Source: a bacterium (GTDB lineage Bacteria; SAR324; JACQKK01). Taken from it: a stretch of DNA of 64,000 bases. The notes beneath the pieces were generated by a model, which was given only the letters and a program-made list of their open reading frames with translations, had not been told where the DNA came from and made no database searches. Within the stretch, counting starts at the first letter, position 1, and the number at the start of each line of letters is the position of its first letter. The DNA lies in contig OZ251219.1 in NCBI GenBank assembly GCA_965240465.1, positions 800,001 to 864,000 of the forward strand, written 5' to 3'. Shown piece after piece: positions 39,533 through 49,213 of this stretch. The position numbers and the translations under genes are program-made.

Positions 39533-39618
39533 TTAATTCTTAGGATAGTTAATTCTTAGGATAGTTAATTCTTAGGATAGTTAATTCTTAGGATAGTCAA
39601 TTCTTAGGATAGTTAATT
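39533..39618. repeat. 16-bp tandem repeat x5 duplicating the greA 3' end (TTAATTCTTAGGATAG)
   Basis: On the minus strand each unit copies the last codons and stop of greA. Confidence 0.95.
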
Positions 39619-40079
39619 TTTGCGATAAGCACATTCAGGCATCCTTTGGGAATATGGATTTCCACCATATCATCTATTTTTTTGCCGATAAGAGCTCGTC
39701 CCACTGGAGTTTGAAAGGAAATGCGATTTTGTTTTAAGTCGGCTTCATCTGGACCCACGATCTGATAGCAGAGTTCTTCACCAGTATCTTGATCTTCTAA
39801 GTACACTGTAGCTCCAAAGGCGATCCGATCACTGGGATGATCGGAGAATTCCACCACTTGCAATTTGGGAAGCCGAGCATTTATCTCCTGAATTCGTCCT
39901 TCAATAAAACCCTGACGTTCCTTCGCAGCATGGTATTCGGCATTTTCGCGTAAATCGCCGTGTTCTCTGGCTTCAGCAATGGATTTTTTAATCGCAGGAC
40001 GCTCTACCGAAACTAAACGCTCCAATTCCTGTTTCAATTGCTCCATACCTATTTTGGTAATGGGAATTTGTTCTGACAT
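39597..40079 (-). CDS. greA: Transcription elongation factor GreA
   Basis: AREHGDLRENAEYHAAKE, YQIVGPDEAD, TPVGRALIGK. Confidence 0.97.
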   Translation of the reverse strand: MSEQIPITKIGMEQLKQELERLVSVERPAIKKSIAEAREHGDLRENAEYHAAKERQGFIEGRIQEINARLPKLQVVEFSDHPSDRIAFGATVYLEDQDTGEELCYQIVGPDEADLKQNRISFQTPVGRALIGKKIDDMVEIHIPKGCLNVLIAKINYPKN

Positions 40080-40355
40080 AAACCCTCACTTATTTACTTG
40101 AATTTGAAACCGGTATGAAAAGTATCCTTCATTAACACGGTTTTTCAGTTGATTATTCGGTTGCTAGTTCACACTGCCACCGGCGTAATTATCCCATGTT
40201 TCGTACTATAAAAACAATAGGATGCATATTTTCTACCGCAGCAGAAAAATGTCTATGAAGAATTCGGGAAAGAGGGATATAAACTTGGGTGCGATTATTT
40301 TTTCTAGGGCCGCTAACTTTGCACCTTTATTGCAATACTTTTAGAAATTCACTTT

Positions 40356-40409
40356 TTTAGGCATTTGTTTAGGCATTTGTTTAGGCATTTGTTTAGGCAT
40401 TTGTTTAGG
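40356..40409. repeat. 12-bp tandem repeat x4.5 (TTTAGGCATTTG)
   Basis: In the divergent intergenic region between greA and the M23 peptidase. Confidence 0.92.
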
Positions 40410-40566
40410 GATGTGTTTAGATAGTGCTAGCCTAGGAGTTCCATTAAAAAGTTGATATTTTACTCAGAATGGGAAACAATTAAGAAATAGTTATTGCCAT
40501 TGATTTTTATATCAGATAGGCTCGGATTCTGTGTTTTAATGGTACGCTTATATTTTGGAAGTGATT

Positions 40567-41499
40567 ATGTCGTGGAAAGATAATTGTGAATTCGTAATTA
40601 TATCTCCGGTGCATTCTCACATGTGGCGTTTTGCGGTTCCCGTTTGGGGACTGGTCGCCGTTTCCGTGCTAGCGATTACTTTTGCCATCGTGGGAGGACA
40701 TAGCCTGTATAACAGCTGGCAGAAAAATGCCGGCTATGCCAAAGCAGAAGTACTGCAGAATGACTACAATGAACAGCAAACAGAATTGCAACAGTTGAAT
40801 AATCAGCTGCTCTCTTTGGAGCATAAGATGGATCGTCTGGGCGAATTAGACCAAAAAATTCGTTTGATGACCAATCTTCAGGAACCGAGGGAAGATGGAT
40901 TCTTTGGAACTGGCGGCAGTACTGCTAATATCCACGCCTTACAAGTAATTGATGCCGAAAAACTTTCGCTGACGGAAATCCTAGAAAGAAACATTGAACA
41001 CCTGAGCGTACTAGCCACTCTGCAAGAAGACAGCTTTCATAACCTCAAAAGCCACCTAGCCGACAATAAAGATATCCTTGACCGTACCCCCTCTATTTGG
41101 CCCGTCAAGGGATTTATCTCTTCTCCTTATGGACCTCGCAAGGATCCCTTCACTGGTGAAATTAACATGCACCAAGGGGTGGATATTGTTGCTCCAGCAG
41201 GTGCCCCTATTAGAGCCTCTGCCGATGGCATTGTAACCGTGCAATCCGCTGACCCAGGTATGGGGCTGATGCTGGTGATAGACCACGGATATGGCGTGAT
41301 TACTCGTTATGGACACAATCAATCAAATCTGGTCAATGAAGGACAACGCGTAAGCCGCGGTGATGTCATTGCCCTGGTCGGCTCTACTGGGCGTAGCACT
41401 GGACCGCATACTCACTATGAGGTCCTCATCAGCAACATCCCCATTGATCCATCCCAGATGATGATCAGTAAAACTGCTCTACTCAACCACAATTACTAG
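40567..41499 (+). CDS. M23 family metallopeptidase with TM anchor and coiled coil
   Basis: TPSIWPV, HQGVD, TRYGH, STGRSTGPHTHYEV. Confidence 0.9.
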   Translation: MSWKDNCEFVIISPVHSHMWRFAVPVWGLVAVSVLAITFAIVGGHSLYNSWQKNAGYAKAEVLQNDYNEQQTELQQLNNQLLSLEHKMDRLGELDQKIRLMTNLQEPREDGFFGTGGSTANIHALQVIDAEKLSLTEILERNIEHLSVLATLQEDSFHNLKSHLADNKDILDRTPSIWPVKGFISSPYGPRKDPFTGEINMHQGVDIVAPAGAPIRASADGIVTVQSADPGMGLMLVIDHGYGVITRYGHNQSNLVNEGQRVSRGDVIALVGSTGRSTGPHTHYEVLISNIPIDPSQMMISKTALLNHNY

Positions 41500-41534
41500 C
41501 CTATAATACTAGCCCAGTTGCCCATGGCTGGGAG

Positions 41535-41700
41535 GGTCAGGGATGATGGTCAGGGATGATGGTCAGGGATGATGGTCAGGGATGATGGTCAGGGATGATG
41601 GTCAGGGATGGATGGTCAGGGATGATGGTCAGGGATGATGGTCAGGGATGATGGTCAGGGATGATGGTCAGGGATGATGGTCAGGGATGATGGTCAGGGA
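41535..41700. repeat. 13-bp tandem repeat, about 12.7 copies (GGTCAGGGATGAT)
   Basis: Near-perfect, with one 14-bp variant, between convergent genes. Confidence 0.95.
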
Positions 41701-41732
41701 ACTGCCTTAGCAACTACAATTACCAGCTTGGC

Positions 41733-41790
41733 CATGGTTTTGGAGGCATGGTTTTGGAGGCATGGTTTTGGAAGGTTATGGCTTTGGAGG
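41733..41790. repeat. 14-bp tandem repeat (CATGGTTTTGGAGG) echoing the 3' end of ORF 41776..42552
   Basis: Three copies next to the related TATGGCTTTGGAGG that encodes PPKP*. Confidence 0.85.
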
Positions 41791-42552
41791 AGACGCGCTG
41801 AGTTTATTCAGCAGTTGAGTGCGATTGGTGACTTGTTCTACTTGCTTAGTTACAATAAGTCTTAGGTGGTCGGCGAATGTCTGGGGATCATCTAAGAAAA
41901 CCATGGTAACTGCATAGCATTCCTTCTTATCGAGAAATGCATCTGGACCGGAATTCTTAATTTTGGTAAGTTTCACCCGTGCTACGCCTACCCGAATATC
42001 CAAATGAGGGCGTTCGTTGATGCAGCTTTCTATTCTTATTAGGAGTTCTGTGCCGGGCATGGGGGGGGGATGAGTCACATAGCATACTTCTATCCAGGCG
42101 GGAGCCAGTTGAATTGAATATCCCATGCATCCTTGCTGATAAATATGGGCGGGGAGTGCCCTAGTAGTCAGGTGTTCTGTCCTATAGCTATCTTCCCATA
42201 AACGCATAAATTCGCTGAGACGAACTTTCTCCTTATCGGGGATGGTGTGGTAGAGGTATTCGTTGTCCTGCTCTATATTAGGCACAGATTTATTATCTAC
42301 CCAGCCCAACATACCGCCATTGCGAGGAATATAACGATCATAATTTTCTCTTCCTTCTGGCGATTCACTATCCATATGGGGTATAGCTTGTTCTGGCTCT
42401 ACATCCCAGGTCTCTCGCCAGTTGGCATCATCCACTTCTTCCCCTGGTTCTGCGGGGTCCGCCCCATCGGCAAGGTGGGATGATGAAAATGTACGACTTT
42501 TTTCTATATCAGCTGGATGAGATTTTTTCATAGAACTGGAAGAATAATTCAT
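41776..42552 (-). CDS. Hypothetical protein
   Basis: 258-aa ORF with an acidic N-terminus, filling the gap; no family recognised. Confidence 0.6.
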   Translation of the reverse strand: MNYSSSSMKKSHPADIEKSRTFSSSHLADGADPAEPGEEVDDANWRETWDVEPEQAIPHMDSESPEGRENYDRYIPRNGGMLGWVDNKSVPNIEQDNEYLYHTIPDKEKVRLSEFMRLWEDSYRTEHLTTRALPAHIYQQGCMGYSIQLAPAWIEVCYVTHPPPMPGTELLIRIESCINERPHLDIRVGVARVKLTKIKNSGPDAFLDKKECYAVTMVFLDDPQTFADHLRLIVTKQVEQVTNRTQLLNKLSASPPKP

Positions 42553-42816
42553 TGGGTATAATGGAAAAGAAGAAAATTTTTATGGCACAGTTGCTTCTAT
42601 TAAGCATCAGACTAGCAAGAAGTAACAAATTATTCACACATGAAAAACAGGGCTGTATTAGAGAATCATTTTTTTGGAAAGAAAACAAAATAAACAATCT
42701 ATAACTGATGATAAAAAATATCTTTTGTTATTGCAAATCTGTTGCCAGTTTTTCTCAGATTATCCATCTTACCAGAATGGTAACCCCCAAAAGGGCAATC
42801 CTTTTGATATAAAAAC

Positions 42817-42845
42817 TTGACAAACTTAACCGTTATGGCGAAAAT
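42817..42845 (+). promoter_or_regulatory. Candidate rpsA promoter (TTGACA-17-GAAAAT)
   Basis: Perfect -35 box about 110 nt upstream of the start codon. Confidence 0.4.
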
Positions 42846-42956
42846 GGTGTCGCCTTGATTGATGCAGGGCAAAAAATTATTTCTTTGTATCCCTTTATTT
42901 TTTTGTGTTTGTCAGTGTGCTTTGATATCTGACAAATTTTTTAGCCCTTAACTTGT

Positions 42957-45293
42957 ATGACTGAAGAAAAACAAACCTCCTTAGCTGATACTCCCACTTC
43001 TTCTATTTCTCCCGCTGCCAAGACTGAACCTCTGCCTGCATCCTCTGCTGTGGTGGAAGAGGGTGGTATTGTCTTTTACGATGACGATGACGGTGCCGAT
43101 TTCTCTGAGCTGCTCAAAAAGGATCAAACAGAGTTAAAAGAGCATCGGGTTGTGCGTGGAAAAGTGGTGGCAGTGGGCAGTGAATTTGTCACGGTAGATA
43201 TTGGTTATAAATCCGAGGGTCAGATTTCTATTGATGAATTCCGCAATAATGAAGGCAAATTGGAGGTTAAAGATGGCGATGAGGTAGAGGTGTTCTTAGA
43301 AAGCATGGAAACTGCGGATGGGGAAGTTTTATTATCCAAAGACAAAGCCAATAAATTACAGATATGGGAGGAAATGGAGCAGGCATTTGAAGAAAAAAAG
43401 ACGGTGCGAGGTAAAATACTGTCGCGTATAAAGGGAGGATTGGCAGTTGATATTGGCATCAAGGCTTTTTTGCCCGGCTCTCAGATAGACCTACGCCCAG
43501 TACGCCAGCTAGATAAAATGCTGAATGAAGAATTTGATTTCAAGATCATAAAATTTAATAAAAAGCGTGCCAACATTGTTCTTTCTCGCCGCACCCTGCT
43601 GGAAGTGGATAGACATAAAAAACGACAGCAAACCCTAGATGAACTCAAAGAAGGAGCCCTGATCACTGGATGCGTTAAGAACATCACCGACTACGGACTA
43701 TTTGTTGACCTCGGAGGCATTGATGGCTTGCTACATGTCACCGATATCTCCTGGGGACGAGTTGCCAACCCTGCCGATGTCTATAGCGTCGGTGAAGAGG
43801 TTAAGGTGTTGGTACTGAAATTTGATAAAGAAAGCGAAAAAGTGTCCCTAGGAGTTAAGCAACAATATCCTAATCCTTGGGAAAAGGCGATTGATAAATA
43901 TCCAATCGGTAGTCGTGCCAAGGGCAAGATTGTCAGTCTGATTGACTACGGTGCCTTTGTGGAAATTGAATCCGGCATAGAAGGGCTGGTACATGTCTCA
44001 GAGATGTCTTGGACCCGCAAAGTGCATCGCCCTTCTGCTTTGTTTCAAATTGGAGATGAAGTAGAAGTGATAGTGAAAAGTATTGATATAGAAAATCAAC
44101 GCACTTCGCTGTCAATCAAGGAAGCCATTAGCAACCCTTGGGACGAAATCCACGAGCGTTATCCTGCTGGGGAAATTGTCACTGGAAAGGTTCGCAATGT
44201 GACAGACTTTGGGGTATTTGTCGGTCTGGATGAAGACATTGATGGCTTAGTGTACGTATCCGATATTTCTTGGAATACTCGCGATAGAAAACCCACCAAT
44301 TTTAAGAAAGATGATGAAATAACCGTCAAGATCTTAAGCGTAGACAAAGAAAAAGAACGGATATCTTTGGGAATCAAGCAATTGAATAGAGACCCTTGGG
44401 AAGAAATAAACCACACCACCGCTATAGGAGATGAAATAGAAGGACACGTGATGAGCGTCGCCCCCTTTGGGGTATTCGTGGAAATAGATTCAGGAGTGGA
44501 AGGATTGCTACACGTTTCTGAAATGGGTAGATACTCACCTCGCACAGCATTAGGCGAACTATACCCCATCGGAAGCCCTGTTAAGGTGATCGTACTTAAA
44601 CTGGAAATAGAAGAACGCCGCATCGGATTGGGATTGTCTGAAGAAGAACAGGAAGCACGCCGTATGCCAGAAACTCCCAACTCTGAAAATCTGCGTGAAG
44701 CGGTGAAAGAAGTAGCCGAAGAAGAAGCAATCGCAAATAAGGAAAAAAACGCAGTGACAGATAAAGAAGAAGCAACCAAAGAAGCTCTAGCAGATAAAGA
44801 AAAAGTATCCGAAGAAGCAACCAAAGAAGCCGTAGCAGATAAAAAAGAAGCATCCGAAGAAGCCCCTAAAGAAGCCATAACAGATAAAGAAGAAGCAACC
44901 AAAGAAGCTCTAGCAGATAAAGAAAAAGTATCCGAAGAAGCAACCAAAGAAGCCGTAGCAGATAAAAAAGAAGCATCCGAAGAAGCCCCTAAAGAAGCCG
45001 TAGCATATAAAAAAGAAGCAACCAAAGAAGCTCTAGCAGATAAAGAAAAAGTATCCGAAGAAGCAACCAAAGAAGCCGTAGCAGATAAAGAAGAAATTCC
45101 TGCCAACCCCGAGTCCACCGATTCTAAGTTCACCGATTCTAAGTTCACCGATTCTAAGTTCACCGATTCTGAGTTCACCGATTCTAAGTCCACCGATTCT
45201 AAGTCCACCGATTCTAAGTCCACCGATTCTAAGTTCACCGATTCTAAGTCCACCGATTCTGAGTTCACCGATTCTAAGTCCACTGACTCTTGA
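42957..45293 (+). CDS. rpsA: 30S ribosomal protein S1 with a long repetitive C-terminal extension
   Basis: Six S1 domains (VDIGYKSEG, AFLPGSQID, DGLLHVTDISW, EGLVHVSEMSW), then about 210 aa of low-complexity tail. Confidence 0.96.
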   Translation: MTEEKQTSLADTPTSSISPAAKTEPLPASSAVVEEGGIVFYDDDDGADFSELLKKDQTELKEHRVVRGKVVAVGSEFVTVDIGYKSEGQISIDEFRNNEGKLEVKDGDEVEVFLESMETADGEVLLSKDKANKLQIWEEMEQAFEEKKTVRGKILSRIKGGLAVDIGIKAFLPGSQIDLRPVRQLDKMLNEEFDFKIIKFNKKRANIVLSRRTLLEVDRHKKRQQTLDELKEGALITGCVKNITDYGLFVDLGGIDGLLHVTDISWGRVANPADVYSVGEEVKVLVLKFDKESEKVSLGVKQQYPNPWEKAIDKYPIGSRAKGKIVSLIDYGAFVEIESGIEGLVHVSEMSWTRKVHRPSALFQIGDEVEVIVKSIDIENQRTSLSIKEAISNPWDEIHERYPAGEIVTGKVRNVTDFGVFVGLDEDIDGLVYVSDISWNTRDRKPTNFKKDDEITVKILSVDKEKERISLGIKQLNRDPWEEINHTTAIGDEIEGHVMSVAPFGVFVEIDSGVEGLLHVSEMGRYSPRTALGELYPIGSPVKVIVLKLEIEERRIGLGLSEEEQEARRMPETPNSENLREAVKEVAEEEAIANKEKNAVTDKEEATKEALADKEKVSEEATKEAVADKKEASEEAPKEAITDKEEATKEALADKEKVSEEATKEAVADKKEASEEAPKEAVAYKKEATKEALADKEKVSEEATKEAVADKEEIPANPESTDSKFTDSKFTDSKFTDSEFTDSKSTDSKSTDSKSTDSKFTDSKSTDSEFTDSKSTDS
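44757..45092 (+). repeat. 123-bp (41-aa) coding repeat, about 2.7 copies, in the rpsA tail
   Basis: DKEEATKEALADKEKVSEEATKEAVADKKEASEEAPKEA units. Confidence 0.9.
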
Positions 45294-45357
45294 GTCCACT
45301 GACTCTTGAGTCCACCGACTCTCGAGTCCACTGACTCTCGAGTCCACTGACTCTTGA
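45111..45357. repeat. 15-bp coding repeat x12 continuing as 16-bp units x4 past the rpsA stop
   Basis: (A/G)AGT(T/C)CACCGATTCT in frame, then GAGTCCACTGACTCT(T/C) after TGA 45291-45293. Confidence 0.93.
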
Positions 45358-45395
45358 ATCCGCTAACAAATAGTCCTATTCCCTCTTCATGCCCT

Positions 45396-45620
45396 ATGGA
45401 AGAAAAAAATACGGAATCTAAAAATATCTTTGAAAAAAAGCTGGAACAGCTAGAAAACTTGGTAACCCAGCTGCAAGAGGAATCATTGCCGCTGGATAAA
45501 TCCCTGCAGGTATTTGAAAAAGCGGTAAATCTAAGCCGTGAATGCGACACTCACCTGAGCAAAACCGAACAAAAAATAAAAATGCTCATGCCGCTGGAAA
45601 ACTCTGAAGGCGACCGATAA
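45396..45620 (+). CDS. xseB: Exodeoxyribonuclease VII small subunit
   Basis: FEKKLEQLENLVTQL...LPLDKSLQVFE...C...L...EQKI. Start taken at ATG 45396. Confidence 0.9.
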   Translation: MEEKNTESKNIFEKKLEQLENLVTQLQEESLPLDKSLQVFEKAVNLSRECDTHLSKTEQKIKMLMPLENSEGDR

Positions 45621-45857
45621 CTGGCTTCTCCGACTGACATATCAGAGATGCCCCCAATAATAAGTATTACCCGATGCCGAGGGGGCGTTGTCCTTTTGGC
45701 AAAGAAGGTGAAATAGCGAACCACTTGCTTTTGCCGAGGGGGCAAAAAGAGGTAAAAATCTCTATCATATTCAGACAATTACTGGCTTTTTTCTTGCATA
45801 TACAAGCTCTGGAAGGATTTTCTCAGCTTTTCTAGACTTTCTTTTGCTTTTAGTGCC

Positions 45858-48800
45858 ATGGATATCAATCTGCATAAAAATATCAGGCTGATAAGCAAAG
45901 CCGTAATTCTGGCATTAGGGTTGATAGCTTTAGGGATGGGTCAGGCTACCGCCCAGTCTAAGGGAAAGAACAAGAAAAATAATTCCAAGCAGGTGCAATC
46001 TCAATTAGAGAAGAAGCTACTATTAGAAGATGCCGCCCAAGGTTTAATTCCTGATGGAGCCTTGTTTGGTCCAGGGAGTAGTAATACCCAGCTGGATAGC
46101 GAGAATGTGGAAACTTTGGAGATTGAGGATATTGATGATGAACTAGTGGATTTGGAAGATATCATTCGGGCAATGGAGGCTGCCGAGCAAGAGGAATTAG
46201 CGGTGGAAGAACCTCCCGTTGAGAGACCCGAGATAGTTGAAGAGCCAGTGGTAGTTGAAGAGCCAGAGGTGATTGAAGAGCTCGAAATAGCTGAAGAGCC
46301 AGAAATAGCCGAAGAACTAGAAATAGCTGAAGAGCCTGAGATAGTTGAAGAGCCAGAAATAGCCGAAGAGCCAGAGATAGTTGAAGAATTGGTGGTAGTG
46401 GAACCTGAACCTGAATTAATAGTTCGGGAGCCATTGGTTTTTTCAGGGGTTCGGCTGAGGCGGACGAAAGGGCAGCTGAGGTTGGATATTTTGTCTGATG
46501 AAAAGGTGGAGTTTGTGCGGGAGGAATCAGGTGATGATGGTTTGGCAGTGCGGATGCTATTTGCGAGGGATATTTCTTTTGCAAATGGAAGGAAAGAATT
46601 GCAATACAATGACGCCCTCTTGGAGCGTATTTTTGTAGAGAAAGCCCCTGAGAGTAAATTTCGTTTGGTGGTGGAGTTAAAATCTTTGGCTCCGAGCAAG
46701 GTCAGTGCTGGTAGGAGTGGTTTGGTGGTGCGGCTGGATGAGTCTGTTCAAGCAAGGGAATTACTGGGGGTGCGTTTAATTAGTGGCAATGATTTAAGTC
46801 GCTTACTGCTGGATTTATCATTGAGTACCCGATTTTCTTCTGTGTTTAGGCATGGCGAGCTGTGGGTGTTACTGCGAGATGTTAAACCTCTGACGAGCTT
46901 GCCGATTAGGCATGAAGATGGCAGATTGCGTTTGGAGTGGATAAAAAAGCAGCGCGGTAACACCATATTGAAGATACGGGTGAAGAATGAGGAGCTTGTT
47001 TCGCGGGTGATTCCATTGGATAATCCTGCTCGGTTGGTGATTGATATTATAGGCAAGCTTCCCTCATCGGGATTGCAAGGGGCTGATTCAATTGATTTGG
47101 GGCCTTACGCTCGGGAAAGGCGAGGAGGATATATTTCTTTGGATGAGGAGATGATTCGGGCACAGCAATTATTTGAGCAGGGATTGGGGACTATAGTAGG
47201 TCAGCAAGCATTTTGGGAGATTGGTGATATATTATTTCGTAAGGCCCAAGCGGGTGTTCGTAGTGGTTGGTATCGGGTGGTGCAGTTTTATGAGAACGGT
47301 CTGAGGGATTTACCTCGGGCGATGCTGTCGAGATATGGGGGGCGAGGATTTTATCAATTAGGGGCTGCTTATCGGGGGTTGGGTTTGCGGGAGCAATCGG
47401 ATGAGGCTTTAATGCGTTTGGGTGAGTTTTCAGGAGCTCCTGAGGAAGCCGATGCTTATTATTTGCTAGCTCGCAATGCTCTGGAGGTAAATAATGTTGC
47501 CCGAGCGGTGGATTGGTTTAGGAAGATGCGAGCTTTGGTAGTGACTGTATCGGCTGATGCTAGTGGTGCCGCGGGGGTGGAAGCCTTGTATTGGGAAGGG
47601 ATAACTTTGGAGCTGGGTGGTCATCATGACGAGGCTCTGGAAACTTTGGAGAGTGCCCTGCAATTGAACCCTAAATACACCCATAAAAAACCAGCTTTAC
47701 TGTTTGGCATCGCAGAGACTTTTGCGACAGAGGGTCCTTTGAAGGCACGAGGATTTTATACTCTTTTATTTGAGCTGGAAGGACGACGGTATTATGGGCT
47801 ACTTACCGCACGTGCTAGACAGCTCAATGCGGCTGGAATCCTACCAGAAGCCTTGTCAGAATTAGCTAAGTTGCGAGATTATGCTCCTCCTTTGCTGGCA
47901 CTGGCTGCGGAGCTACAAATGGCAAATCTCAGAGCATCTGGCGATGAGGAAGAACGTCAGCAAGCGATTCGGGGTTATCAACGGGTGATAGTTAGTGCTA
48001 GTGCCGATGCCGAATTAAAAAGGCGGGCGACCGAGGGCTTAGCAGCTTTATCTCGGGGACAGGCGGAACGTCTTTTGAGCGAAGGTCGGGTGAGTGAAGC
48101 CATAGCTCATTTGGAGCATTTACTAATCTTAGCAAGAGGGGCAGAACGGCGTTTATTGTTATCACGGTTAGGGGAATATCAATCTCAGCTGGTAGTGATG
48201 CTCGGCAGGCAGAGTGATTGGAAAGCTATTTTAACTAAGCAGCAGGAATTTGTCAGTCGTTGGCGGCAACTGCAATTTGCTCCTTTGGCGTTGTACTACA
48301 CTGCAATGGCTTTTGAGCGTAACAATAGAGCCACCGAGGCTGAATCAGCCTATGCCGAGGCCCTGCGAGCTGATTTTGGTCTGCTGAATGGCAAAGCTGC
48401 CTATCAACAAGGACAACTCTTATCCCGTCAGGGACGCTTTGATCGTTCCCGTAGGATCCTGGAACGCTTGCTACGCAGTGAATATGCAGACCAATACTTT
48501 CCTCAAGCAGGCATTCTGCATGCCTATGCCCTGGAAAAAATCGGACGCTTTAATGATGCTACCAGAGGTTATTTAGCCATAGTAAAACGATTGCGTCTTG
48601 ATAACTCATTCGCAGCCAAAATGGATCTAGCAGAAACACTCTATCAACTGGGTAAGCTCTACACCAACACAGAGCAACATCAAAAGGCTTTTAATGCCTA
48701 CCTGCAAGCCTCGCAACTGAAACCACGGCGTAAATCAACCCCACCAGAAATCCAGCATAGCACCTTCTTAGCTGCCGAAGCCCTCGCTCAACTCGGAAAA

Positions 48801-49034
48801 CCTCGGCAAGCACTGGCTCAATACAAAAAGGCTTTGGCTCAATATCCCAAACATACTCAAGCTCCTTGGGCACATTATCAAATTGGAGTACAATGGATGC
48901 GCTTAGGAAATTTCTCCCAAGCCCGCTCACAATTCAAACTGGTATCACAACTACCAGGAAAACCAAATGCCCTCTGGCGTTCACTGGCTCTGGAAAAAGA
49001 AAAGGATTTGGCTAAACGCACCGCAGGAGGCTAA
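45858..49034 (+). CDS. Large exported TPR-repeat protein with acidic repeat linker and AMIN-like segments
   Basis: Signal peptide (ATA-Q), EEPEI(A/V) repeats, LDNPARLVID, many TPR-like helices. Confidence 0.75.
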   Translation: MDINLHKNIRLISKAVILALGLIALGMGQATAQSKGKNKKNNSKQVQSQLEKKLLLEDAAQGLIPDGALFGPGSSNTQLDSENVETLEIEDIDDELVDLEDIIRAMEAAEQEELAVEEPPVERPEIVEEPVVVEEPEVIEELEIAEEPEIAEELEIAEEPEIVEEPEIAEEPEIVEELVVVEPEPELIVREPLVFSGVRLRRTKGQLRLDILSDEKVEFVREESGDDGLAVRMLFARDISFANGRKELQYNDALLERIFVEKAPESKFRLVVELKSLAPSKVSAGRSGLVVRLDESVQARELLGVRLISGNDLSRLLLDLSLSTRFSSVFRHGELWVLLRDVKPLTSLPIRHEDGRLRLEWIKKQRGNTILKIRVKNEELVSRVIPLDNPARLVIDIIGKLPSSGLQGADSIDLGPYARERRGGYISLDEEMIRAQQLFEQGLGTIVGQQAFWEIGDILFRKAQAGVRSGWYRVVQFYENGLRDLPRAMLSRYGGRGFYQLGAAYRGLGLREQSDEALMRLGEFSGAPEEADAYYLLARNALEVNNVARAVDWFRKMRALVVTVSADASGAAGVEALYWEGITLELGGHHDEALETLESALQLNPKYTHKKPALLFGIAETFATEGPLKARGFYTLLFELEGRRYYGLLTARARQLNAAGILPEALSELAKLRDYAPPLLALAAELQMANLRASGDEEERQQAIRGYQRVIVSASADAELKRRATEGLAALSRGQAERLLSEGRVSEAIAHLEHLLILARGAERRLLLSRLGEYQSQLVVMLGRQSDWKAILTKQQEFVSRWRQLQFAPLALYYTAMAFERNNRATEAESAYAEALRADFGLLNGKAAYQQGQLLSRQGRFDRSRRILERLLRSEYADQYFPQAGILHAYALEKIGRFNDATRGYLAIVKRLRLDNSFAAKMDLAETLYQLGKLYTNTEQHQKAFNAYLQASQLKPRRKSTPPEIQHSTFLAAEALAQLGKPRQALAQYKKALAQYPKHTQAPWAHYQIGVQWMRLGNFSQARSQFKLVSQLPGKPNALWRSLALEKEKDLAKRTAGG

Positions 49035-49213
49035 TATACTATTAGCTAACTGTTTCATTGCTCCTCCATTTAGAGTAAAACTACCAAAATGCTTTAATTC
49101 AATGTCTCCTAGCTCCTTATCTACCAAGCCACTATTCCAACCCCCTCAGCTCACTAAAGACAAAATAACCGAGCCAAAATAACCGAGCCAAAAGCAATAA
49201 ACTAAGAGCAAGC

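Noticed and set aside
42583-42596. sigma54 promoter-like TGGCACAGTTGC
   Set aside because: Spacing between the GG and GC elements is too short for -24/-12.
44159-45550. 463-aa antisense ORF over rpsA and 245-aa antisense ORF over clpB (38499..39236)
   Set aside because: Antisense shadows of conserved or repetitive genes.
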